From NCBI GenBank assembly GCA_964016885.1, contig OZ024743.1, forward strand, positions 83,948,001 to 84,012,000: DNA of 64,000 nucleotides, written 5' to 3'. Position numbers and translations under genes: made by a program. Source of the DNA: Eledone cirrhosa. Taxonomy: Eukaryota. Under the pieces are notes generated by a model that searched no databases, was not told the origin of the DNA, and saw only the letters and a program-made list of their open reading frames with translations. Of this stretch, positions 12,395-24,152 are shown piece by piece. How positions within the stretch are numbered: the first letter of the stretch is position 1; each line of letters opens with the position of its first letter.

Positions 12395-15265
12395 TAGTCT
12401 TAGGTTCTTCCGCGCCTTTCGGTGGTGCATCAAACAGGAAGTAGTCCCCAACGGTCACGATCAGCGGCAACTTTTTCGAGACTGTGCCAAGTATTGTTGG
12501 CTGCCATTAGGTTTTTTCGGAACGTTCATCGCCAGGTGATCCTGGGGCAACCCCACCTTCGTTTGGCGCCAGGTGGAGTCCAGTTCATCGCTGTTTTCGA
12601 GTGTCGTTCGTCGGGCAGGCGCATAATATGGCCAGTCAGGCGACACCGGCACTCCACGACCATCCTCTGTAGCGTCTACGATTCGGCTCTCCGCAGGATT
12701 TCCTCGTTTCGCACTTGGTCGCGCCAGGACACACAAGGGATCATTCGCAGGCACCGCTGGTTGAAAACGTTCAGCCGTGCTCTTCCAGTTTTCGTTCGCG
12801 TAAAGCAGTGTCGGCGACATGATGCTCTTGTACAGGCGCAGCTTGATCCTGGTGCTGATGCGTGGATACGACCAGACTGGGCGCATCCGCTGGAAAACTG
12901 CTGCTCCTTTGCCAATCCGACAATTTATCTCGAGCTCCGCGTCGCCATTGCTTGCCATGGGATTCCATGGGATTCCTCGACCGGGTCCTTCATCTGTTCG
13001 CCTTAGAACGAAATTGGCTGCAGATAGGAACAACAGCGGAGAGAGAATGCAACCCAATTTGACTCCGGACTCAGTTCGTCCCACCGGACTCAGTTCGCAC
13101 GCAGCAACTGGAGTTTGCGTACAGGGCCTTGAAAATGGTGATGAATCTTGCAGGAATTCCGTTCGAGTGCGCGATATTCCACAGCGATTCCCGATGCAGA
13201 CTGTCGAATGCCTTCTGGAAATCAATGAAGTTGACAGCCAAAGGTTGCTGGAGATCAACGCATTGTTCGAGGATGTTGCGTAGTGTAAAGATCTGTTCGG
13301 TGCAAGATCGATTGTTTCGGAAGCCGGCTTGTTCCTCCTGGAGCACAGAGTTGACAGCCTGACGAAACGAGGCAGCAGCACTGTGCAGAACGCCTTGCCT
13401 GGGACTGACAATGCCAGTTGTTGCAGTCGGCCAAGTTTCCCTTCTTCGGCAGTTTGACGATGACACCACGTTTCCACTCAATAGGAGCCTGATCAACCCT
13501 TTGTCAACGCTGTTATCATGCTATCGTCACCGAATTTGAGCATCTCTGTAGAGATCTCATCCAGTTCGCCTGGTTTGCCGTTCTTCAAGTTGCTGATTGC
13601 ATCTCTCGTCTCCTGATTGGGGATTTGGTCCTCGCAAACCTTGAGTACCGCAACGGTTGCTGGGGTCTCTGAGGTCAAGTCTATCAGGGCGACTGGATTT
13701 TGTTGGCAACTCCCGGAAGTGCTCCATCCATCTCTGATCCTGCTCTGCTCCAGTCGTCAATATCTTCCCATTTTTGTCCTTCATTGGAATATTGGAACCG
13801 CTCGATACTCCCGTCAACTCCCTCCCGATGCGGAACAGACTGTTCGTGCGACCAGCAGCTTCCTCTGCCTCAGCACCATTTTTCTCCAGCCACACATGTC
13901 TGTCCCGTCGGCAGCTTCACTTTACTAGTCGGTCGATTTGACGGTATGCGGCATTTCTTTTCCCCTTGTCTTCCTCCGATCTGGCAGAATCTCGCTTAAC
14001 TTTCGCCTTCTTTCGTTTGTCCATCAGGTCCCACGCTGGTTCCTAGATCCATTGTTCTTTCCTCGTTCCTCGCCTTCGACCAGAAGTTTTTTTTGTGCTG
14101 CCTCAGTCAATGCTGTCGCAAACATCGCCCACTTATCTTCCAGATCTGCAGCCTCACTCAACTGCTAGAATCGGTTGTGCAATGCCAGTTGGTACAGTCG
14201 CGCTTGGCCAGGATCCTTCAGCTCCTCCACTGCATACGGCTTCGGTCTTTCCTGTCGTGTCCGTTTCTTTAGGCGCAGCTGAAGTTCGGCACTCAGTGGG
14301 TGGTGGTCTGAGCCCACATCTGCACCTCGGTACACTCTGACATCGCGCACCGAGGACCGCCAGCGCTGATTGATGCAGACATAGTCGATCTCGTTGTGGC
14401 TTTTCTGGTCTGGAGACTGCCAAGTAGCTTTGTGAATTGCCTTGTGTTTGAAGTAGGTGTTGCTGATGCACATGCTGTTGATGACGCAAAGGAGCTGCAG
14501 TCTCTCTCTGTTGTCCGTGGGGATTGCAGCAAAACCAAACGGTGACTTGTTCCAGTCCTTGTCTGTTGCAGTCAATCTGGGCGCTGAAATCGCCGATTAG
14601 TAGTTTGGTATCGCGATTGGGCAATCCATTGAATGTGTCCTGCAGCCATTTGTAGAAGGCGTCCTTGTCGATGTCGGCTGCATCATCAATCGGCGCGTAA
14701 GCTTGAACAACAGTGATTTTCGCATGCCTACTCTGAAAACAAGAGGTTATGACACGTTCGCTGACTGGGTCCCATCCGATCAACGCCCGAGTTGCTCGGG
14801 CGCTAAGCACAAGTTCTGCGCCAAGGCGTGCTTGTCTTGGTGTCCAGAGAAGAGCAGAGTTGTCCCTCCGCTGTCACTCATCTTTCCGCTGCCCGTCCAG
14901 CGCATTTTGCTCACGCCCAGAATGTCCAGATGGTAGTGGTCGAACTCGCATAGTAGCTGAACCAGCTTTCCTGTCTGGTATGGTATTCGGACGTTCCAGG
15001 TTCCAATTCGCGTCTTTGTTTTAGTGCTCAGAATCTGGCTCACATCCTTTTGGCTTTGGTTGAGGTCCGTCAAAAGTGGAGTGTTTCCTACGCCTTCATC
15101 TTTGCACCGATCATTTATGGTTTTCTGAGTTTTCCCTAAGGTTTCTTTACCGATTTTGAATTTTACAACAGTGCCGAGTTGCTAACCCGACACCTGCCGC
15201 CTGTATTTGCCGAGATCTGTGGTTGACACCCCTTCGCCACTATAAGGCGTCGACAAGACTAGTGG
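12392..15265 (-). mobile_element. Decayed RTE-clade LINE (APE + RT), near full length with internal deletions
   Basis: APE motifs RIGTWNVR, YAP, IGDFSAQ, IDYV, YRGADVGSDHH; RT motifs QAGFR, FIDFQKAFDS, GVKLGCILSPLLF; the YADD region is missing near 12960; 3' end ...CTAAGACTAAGA; flanked by (TA)n. Confidence 0.88.
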
Positions 15266-15284
15266 AATCATATATATATGTGTG

Positions 15285-15323
<39 letters not shown>

Positions 15324-15956
15324 ATTTATATATACATACATATATGTGTGTATATATATATATGTATGCGTGTATATATATATATATATATATATAGGTG
15401 TGTGCGTGCATACGATTAAGTATGATGGTTTATCTAGTGGGTGTGAGTTCAGTCCCTATCTTAGAGAATTTAAGGATATTAAGAAATAAGAAAAACATTA
15501 ATTTTTTCTGTTAAGGTTAGAAAACCTTTACAGAGTAGAAAATAGAAACTACCATTTTATTATTTTTATTTCTGAGTTATGTTGGGTGTAAATAACATTA
15601 CAAATTGTTTATAATTCTTACAGAATGAAAATACAAACACAAATATAAACATATATAATAAATACAATTGATTATTGCTAGGAGCCTCACAAATATAATG
15701 CGCAAAAATATGTGGCCAAAGTGAGAGAAAACCGAACAAAAATCAACCATCAATTCACCACCAAGTGTGACAATCAGCCGCACACTACAACCGTCAGCAG
15801 GAATTTTAATCAATTACTAAATCATAACATAACCCTAACCTATATGAACACTATAGCATAGATTTACAATAATAATATTTTATAATAACCCATAAAGAAT
15901 ACAGCTCATAAACTAGAATTAGGTAAGGGATTAGAAAGTTCATCTAAATGTAACGT

Positions 15957-16272
15957 GTATGTCACACTTAAGGATCATAAAGATTTTATCTCCAGCTCCG
16001 TATGTCACAATTAAGGACCATAAAGATAGGTTTATCTCCAGCTCTGTATGTCACACATAAGGACCATAAAGTTAAGTTTATCTCCAGCCCCTATGTCACA
16101 CTTAAGGATCATAAAGATACATTTATATTCAGTTCCGTATGTCACAGTTAAGGATTATAAAAATAAATGTATCTCCAGCCCCGTATGTCACACATAAGGA
16201 CCATAAAGATAAATGTATCTCCATCCCCGTATGTCACACATACAGACCATAAAGTTTAAGGTATCTCCAGCC
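15957..16272. repeat. 46-bp tandem minisatellite, ~7 copies (CGTATGTCACACWTAAGGAYCATAAAGATAAATKTATCTCCAGCYC)
   Basis: Direct observation. Confidence 0.92.
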
Positions 16273-16560
16273 CCAAATGCAGATTAATTTATATTAAATC
16301 CAAGATCGGATTAATTAGCAATAATATCTGAATATGTTAACGTTAACAATGACATTTGAAAGGCAACCAACATTTAACAGTGGAACAATAGTATTACAGT
16401 TATTGGTTGTTACTGTAATAATATTATTAATAATGAATAACATTAAATTAGCCTAATTTGATATTTTTGAGTTTTACCTCCTTATTTTCAAATCCACACT
16501 CATCACTGCCCTAGAATCTGCTAAGGTGTACAATGACATTGGCGATAATAAAATTAATAT

Positions 16561-16840
<280 letters not shown>

Positions 16841-17073
16841 TGCTACCAATTGCCATCTTTTAGAAGATATAAAGCTAGAAATGTGAACATCCGGTTGACT
16901 TAAGAAACATTGCGAAATTTTGAAATTTGAACTGTAGTCTCCCGAACGTAAATAACTGTTATGGTTTTACTTTTAATTATAATTCTATTTAACTGGACAG
17001 TTGTATTTTGATGTTGAAAAGAGTTGAATAGGGAAAACGTTATAATACACACACACATATATATATATATATT

Positions 17074-17192
<119 letters not shown>

Positions 17193-17797
17193 AAGTATGT
17201 GTTCCTACGTGTAAAAAATACATATAGGGATACAAGTATTATCCAACCGTATGCCAATGTGGTTCTATGGCAGGTTAATAAATTAACGAGCCAGAACAGA
17301 ACATATAAAATCAAGGTTTAGCAAATAGAGAAAAAGTTTTAAAATAAATTTTAAAAAGTTTGCTATACTTACTATACGTACCCTTACCGCGCGGTTTCAA
17401 ATCCTAAAATAAATGGATAATCCAGGCGGACCACCATTGAGAAGGGGATTCTCGTCAGAAGGTTCTTCTCGCTCGGAGAATATAAAATTCCCGAGTTCAA
17501 ATCACAAACTGACGCCATACAAAACTGTTACTGGATGAGAGTGAATGAGGAAGGGACCAATTCTGTCTAGTGCCGTGTGTAAAGACAGAAGGTAGGGGCG
17601 GACAGGTCAATATCCTGCCACTAGAAATAGCAGCAGTTCAAACATTTGGGATTATTTTTACCATGTCAAGATATTCAGATATACATCTGAACTGTTATCT
17701 TCCACCAAAGTATTTACTATCAGAGTCACAACAGTCATTGCACTCAACAGAACTGGTCTTTTTCCCATGCTTTACAAACAAATTTAACTCTTTGCTC

Positions 17798-17807
<10 letters not shown>

Positions 17808-17876
<69 letters not shown>
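17808..17876. repeat. (GATA)n microsatellite; tail/target of the adjacent Tx1-like element
   Basis: Direct observation; a shorter GATA tract flanks the other end of the element at about 21380-21400. Confidence 0.95.
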
Positions 17877-20800
17877 TTCTTTATTTGCCACAAGGGCGCA
17901 CAAGAAAAGGGGACAATACAAAGACACTTGCCGGGGATTTTACATACAGTCGAGTAAAAAATATAAAACAAACAATTATAACAATCGAAATCCCCAATCG
18001 GGTGGAAGCGCCACAAATGGGTTGTTTAATACCCCGATAGAACAACCCTCAAGTTCAGGAGTGTGTTGTGCAAGTGCTCCCTTCTTCCTTTTGCTCTCTT
18101 CTTTAACCTACAGGCTTATAAACAGAGAAGGCCCAATCACTAGGGCCATTTTCGCTTCATCCATCCACCTTTCAGTAAATTTACTGGGGTGCAGTGCCTC
18201 TCTCTCCACCCTGATTCTCCTTCTAAAGTGATACTTAAAGAAGGGAATCAATTGTTGTCAGTAGAGAAAGGCATCTGTCCTCAGTCCTTTCAATCTCGTC
18301 CAACATATAACTTCTTTCACCATAGCCACTGTACAGAGGAAAACCGCCTCTCTTTCGTTTTTGAAAGAGGCTGGCGGTTTGATCCTTACTATGGACTCGG
18401 CAGTCAACTGGATTTGTCCCATACGCGACAGCAGTTGTTCTGCATAATTCCACAGGTCGCTTACGCCAGGGAAGTGTACAATTGCGTGCAAGACGGTTTC
18501 AATGTCCTACTCGCATCTTGGACACGTCCTCTTGGAAGGATCCCTGCCGGGGCGTCCGTGCCTGTAGATCTTATCTCGAACTGGTAGAGCTCCTCAGTAG
18601 CACTGCCAGGCCAGGGACCTCTGGAAGTTGACCATAGGTCCCGGGTGGAAAGTCCTACCGAACAGACTGGTGAGCTCGTCGCCTTCGACGCCTAGAGTCT
18701 CTCCGAGCACGTCGTCGCACTTGTAAAGTACTAACCCTCTATAGAATGTCGAAGTGGAGTCTCCACTGATTGCCGTGCCCGCTTGACAGAGGTCTGTGAG
18801 CGTCTGAGCGCATTCAATGTGCCAGGTGCCCGTCTTTTTCGGTCTCCGCTTGACCCAAGACTGCAGCTCCGTCAGCGAGACAAGTTGCGGGAAGGCCTGC
18901 CTCACAAACGGTGCCCACACCGGTTGGTCAATGAGGAATACCTGGATATGCCGTAGTTTCAGAGCATGTTTGCGCATCATCAGCCACGGCATTCCCAGCC
19001 CTCCGTTGGAAGGGTGCTGACAGCAAACGGATCTCCTCACCAGTGGAGCCTGCTTCTTCCACAGAAACTGGAAGAGCATGCGTTCCATCTTGGTGAGGTG
19101 TTCACGGGGATAAGGCACGACGGTCAAGCGGTAGTAGATGACGGACGCTATGAAAGTGTTCGCCACCTCCGCTCGACCTTTCAATGGTAGTTTGCACTCT
19201 GCCCACTTCTGGGTGAGCGCAAATATCTTGGCTGTGACCTCGTTCCAGTTTTTCTCCACCTGGAGGTCCGGACCGAACCAGACCCCGAGAAATTTCACCT
19301 GTCCATCTGTCCAGCGTCCGACGCCGTTGTCGAATGGCATGGGTTTGCCTCTCCATGTGCCGAGCTGCAAACCGACGGATTTGATTGGGTTCAGTTTTGC
19401 TCCTGTGAGCCTTTCGTATTCCTGCAGTAAGTTGCCGATCGCCCCGATTTCAGAGGTTTCCGACACCACTACTGTCACGTCGTCGGTATAAGCTGACGCC
19501 ACTTTCCGCACTCCCGGTTCCAACGGGATGCCCTGCAGCAGCTCCAACTTCCGCAGTAGTGGCTCCAGAGCCAGTACGTACAGAATGGAAGAGAGAGGGC
19601 ATCCCTGTCGGATGGAACGCGTGATTGCGAACGGCTCCGATAGGTAGCCGTTCGCCTTGACCGTCGAGCAGATGTTAGTATGCATTGCAGCGATCCAGCC
19701 TCTGAAGACGGTTCCGAAACCGGCCGCCTTGAGAACTGCTTCCAAGTATCGATGGTCGACCTTATCGAACGCCTTAGACTGATCTAAATTGATCAGAGCC
19801 CCACGGAAGCCGGGTTTAAACCCCACCCTCTCTTTGATGTATCGCATGAGGTGGAGGTTGGTGTGTAAGGACCTGATCGGGATTGCACACGTTTGCGCTT
19901 TCCCTACCAGGTTCCCGACGACAAGCCCCAACCTCGTTGCCAACACCTTGGCCAAAATCGTTAACTGTGTTGAGCAGAGTTATGGGCCTAAAGTTGCTTA
20001 GTTCATCCCCCTTGTTCTCGTCTTTCCTGATCAGCGTTACTACGCCCCTGCCTCCAGAACTGGGAATTCTCCGTTCTGCTGCCAGTTGCAGTAGACGGCT
20101 TCGAGGACGCTAGAGAACAAGTCCGGCATGCCTATGTAAGGTACATAGGGTAGACATTCTTTTCGTTTCTCGCAGCGGCCCAGAGCGTCCCGTATCTCAG
20201 TGGCTGTGATCGGTCTTTCGCAGAACTCCGCGTCCTTGCTCGAGAGACGCGGTAGGCCGTCGAGGTATGAACCGAAATCCATTGCCTCGTTCGACGCACC
20301 GCCACTCTGCTCGAACAGTTGCGAAAAGTGCCGCTGAAAGGCCGCGCAATACCGCTTGGGGTCAAGTAGCACGCGTCCGTTTTCTTCTTTCAAAGACCGA
20401 ATCGTGGACTTGTTGCCACTTTTTGCCTCTGCCATTCAGGCCCAGCTAACAGCTTTTGCTCCTTCGTTTCCTAGAGCACGTGATTTACTTCTGACCACGC
20501 AGCCTTCGTGTTTCGCGTCGAAGAACTGATTCAGTGCCGTTCTCGTTGCTAGCACTCTAGCTACGTTGCCACTCCTAAGCGCCTCCTCTACTTAGGCTAC
20601 TAGTTCCGTTTCTGTTTTGTTTCCTCTAATGCTAACTCTCTGCTAAAGTCTATCAACTCTACTCTAATTGCTTTCTTGAGGGAGTACCACCATCTGTTGT
20701 TGACGATGGTTCCCGTCAACTGTTGCTTAACTAATCAACTTATCCGTTCACTGTACGCTTTACGTGTCGGTAGCGACACGTTCAGCTTCCAGTATCCGGG

Positions 20801-21379
20801 TCCTTGTCTATGTATTCTATCACGGTTGACTATGCAGATAACTAGTGTGTGGTCTGAATAGGCAACCATGTGCATAGATGTCCCGCTGAATAGGCACCCA
20901 TGTGCATAGATGCCCCGCTGTGGTTTGTCCACGTCCTCAGTGGTGCAGTCGGGAAATCTAGTCGATATCTATCGACCAGTTGGAATTGGCCGATGAAATG
21001 TTTGAGGCTGTTGCACCCCACTCTACTGGGACATGATCCAACATAGTCCCATAGTGCGTCTAGGATGCCATTCCAGTCCCCCACTAAAAGCAAGGAGCGA
21101 GACGTTCCCAGAAAAGACTCTAGACGCTTAAAGAAGTCTGGCCGCGATTGCCCAGTCGGGGCATAAACGGCCACCAGTCTGAAGGCTCCACCTCCAGCAC
21201 TGTTCACGTCTAGGACTACCAGTCTACCCTCCTGGTTCAAGTGTATTTGCTGTATTTTGAGGTCCAGGTTTTTCCGAAACATGACAGCCACTCTCCCTCC
21301 ATCTCCTGGCTGACAGAGAGATGCGTAGATCTCAAAGTCATTGAAGATGGGAGTTAACTGCCGCCTGTTGTGGATCTTG
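17877..21379 (-). mobile_element. 5'-truncated, decayed Tx1-like (L1 group) LINE, ORF2 only
   Basis: Fragments 20842..21291 (APE: VYAP, GDWN), 20735..20932 (SDH, GPGYWKLN), 18594..19955 (RT: LDQSKAFD, QGCPLS, YTDD) align to the intact ORF2 at 37220..40639; 3' end CCCTTGTGGCAAATAAAGAA then (ATCT)n. Confidence 0.92.
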
Positions 21380-21781
21380 GATAGATAAATAGATAGATAG
21401 AAACAAAATGACGGACAGGTGATATAAAAAAAAGAATCAAAAAAGAAAGAAAGACTTTTAAGTGTTGTGTTATGTCAGTTTCAGAAGTCGTGATGCTGGT
21501 TGATGTTTGTTTAACTTTGATCATTCCCCCTCTCTTTCTCCCTCTAATTATATATCTCTCCCTTTCTTTCTTTCTTTCTTTTTCTCTCTCTCTTTCTCTC
21601 TCTTTCTATAAATGTATATGCATGTGTGTGTATGGGAGTGTGTGTACGTATGTAACTATGTGGGTATGTATGTGTGTATGGATAAAAATGTGTGTTTGTT
21701 TATATAAACGGAAAAGAAATCGTAAATCAGTGATGGTGAGACGACGAGAAAACGTGTGAAATAACAGAGGAGGGGGGGGGC

Positions 21782-22345
21782 GAAATAGAGAGAGGGTGGT
21801 GAGAGAAATAGAGAGACAGAGAGTGGGAGATAGAGACAGAGAGTGGGAGATAGAGAGAGGGCAGTGAGAGAAAGAGAGACAGAGAGTGAGAGAAAGAGAA
21901 ACAGAGAGTGAGAGATAGAGAGAGACAGAGAGTGAGAAATAGAGAGACAGAGAGTGGTAGAATGAGTGATAGAGAATGAGAAATAGAGAGGGGGTGAGAG
22001 AAAAAATGAGAGAGAGAGTGAGAGAGAGAGAGACATAGAGGAAGAGATAGAGAGAGACAGAGAGTGAGAAATAGAGAGACAGAGAGAGGGAGAATGAGTG
22101 ATAGAGAATGAAAAATAGAGAGGGGGTGAGAGAAAGAATGAGATAGAGAGTGAGAGAGAGAGAGACATAGAGGAAGAGATAGAGAGAGACAGAGAGTGAG
22201 AAATAGAGAGACAGAGAGAGGGAGAATGAGTGATAGAGTATGAGAAATAGAGAGGGGGTGAGAGAAAGAATGGGAGAGAGAGTGAGAGAGAGAGAGACAG
22301 AGAGTGAGAAATAGAGAGACAGAAAGGGAAAGAGCGAGAGGGGTA
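21782..22345. repeat. GA-rich compound repeat with ~132-bp higher-order period (~3 copies)
   Basis: GACATAGAGGAAGAG at 22032 and 22164; 44-aa periodicity in the spurious SL-rich ORF. Confidence 0.85.
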
Positions 22346-22777
22346 GTTTATGAAGGTGGGGTATGCCTGACACAACCTCGCCCTACACAGTGAAATCAAC
22401 AACTTGGTTTTCTACATATAACAGAAATGAAGGCTTCTAAAATAATGAGTTCCATACATAGAACAGGATATACCCTTCACCGGCCTGTTATTTCTTCCTG
22501 GGTGTCACTCGTATATATTAGCAGCCCAGATATATTTAGTTATGCAATTAGTAAGCGGGTGGGAATGAGCAGTTGTTTAACTGATAGTCTGCAGATATCT
22601 GTGAGTGCCCTTCATGCATGCCCCTACCCACCGAGTACGTTTGTTACACATGTGTTTGCTGAGATACTTCAGATATTGCCTTACAGATCTACAAGTGTCC
22701 TTCAAATAAACTAGTACCCCACAAACAAGATTATATATATATATGTGTGTGTGTACCGGGAGGTAACTGTGTGTATG

Positions 22778-22873
<96 letters not shown>

Positions 22874-23069
22874 GATAAATCTACCAAGAGTTTACGGTAG
22901 TGTCCAATCCGTATGAAGAACGGATTAATTTTGTATAATTTTGTACATAGATCTGTTGAATATGCATGCCAATTCTAACACATATATATCCTAGAAACGA
23001 TCGTTAAATAATGAACTTTTTTTGTTTAATATAAGGAACTGTTTCATTGTTTTATTCATTATTTTTTTA

Positions 23070-23100
<31 letters not shown>

Positions 23101-23740
23101 TTCGTTTCTGAATTTGTTTAGCAAGATTCTTTATCTGAAAACGTGTGTTGAAACCGATATTGTTATACTTTGGGAGGGTCATGTTGCCAATAAGAAACAC
23201 ACGCACCAGTTGCATTCACTTCAATTTATTATAATAAATTTATAAATTTAGGAATTTATAAATTTCCGGTTGGTTGGTTGGTTCCACAACCAGATGGTTG
23301 TTTATATATTGTCAAAGTTCTTTCGTCACACATTCTGTGACCTCTTCAGTGACTGGGGATTCTTTTCTTTGTTTTTGTGTCTCTCCTTTGTTCTGTCTTA
23401 CGCCATTTTGTTTCTGTGTGTGTGTTGTGTGCTCAGTCTGCGCATGCGCCACCTCCGGGTGTCTGTGTGTGTTTATATTCGTTTATTTATTTGTTTATTT
23501 ACATGTTACAGGTTGGTTGTTTGTTCTATGTGCGTGTGTGTTTTCATTTTGTCCTTAATTGTAAGTTGTGATGTTGCTGTTCCACTCATGTTTTCTATTT
23601 AATTTTGGTTGTAATTATTTTATGTTTATTGCCTCTGTGATTTGTCTAAACATTGCGTCTTTTCTGTGTGTAGATTCTATTTTTATTTCTATGTTCTCTA
23701 ATTTACCCTTATGTTCTAATTTAGCATGTTGGTAGAGTAC
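23101..23740 (-). mobile_element. Probable Penelope-like terminal remnant
   Basis: Carries a hammerhead motif on the minus strand; shares motifs with 11591-12132; starts at (AT)n. Confidence 0.5.
23311..23353 (-). ncRNA. Minimal type I hammerhead ribozyme motif (possibly degenerate)
   Basis: GTCA-CTGAAGA-G-GTCACA gaatg TGTGAC-GAAA-GAAC-TT-TGAC: stem I GTCA/TGAC, 6-bp stem II, very short stem III. Confidence 0.55.
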
Positions 23741-23741
23741 A

Positions 23742-24080
23742 TGGCCTGCCCATTCGACACGAGAGTGCAAGAGAAGGAGAGGGAGAAAATTAACCGATAT
23801 CAGGACTTAAAGTGGGAGGTAAAAAGGATTTGGAACTGCCATGAAGTCAAAGTGATCCCGATTGTCATAGGCGCACTAGGGACTATCTCAAAAAGTTTCC
23901 AGGAATGGTTAAAGAAAATTGGCCCCTTCACGCTTTTTGGAACGCTTCAAAAGGCATGCTTGCTGGGAACAGCAAGAACTCTCCGATACGTCCTGAATAT
24001 CTGAGGCTGCAGGTAGTGGCTTGATATTCCTTTCAACAAACTTTCCAGTTAACTAATATCAATGACTGAGACTCAAAGAG
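23742..24080 (+). mobile_element. R4/Dong-like family A, copy 0: severely 5'-truncated (RLE C-terminus + 3'UTR)
   Basis: ACPFDTRVQEKEREK...RYVLNI* nearly identical to the end of ORF 25148..28540; same ~75-nt 3'UTR; (AAT)n at 24081-24150. Confidence 0.95.
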
Positions 24081-24087
24081 TAATAAC

Positions 24088-24152
<65 letters not shown>

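Noticed and set aside
15215-15265. HDV-like ribozyme tail (GGCGAAGGGGTG) at the RTE 5' end
   Set aside because: Only a possible P4/J4-2/P2' half is present; the upstream pairing partners are absent.
15957-16272. CRISPR-like regular repeats
   Set aside because: Contiguous 46-bp tandem units with no unique spacers, no cas genes and a eukaryotic context.
17330-17800. Possible host exons in unique-looking DNA (also 22370-22715 and 58620-59100)
   Set aside because: No recognisable protein motif or consistent splice signals; cannot be supported without a homology search.
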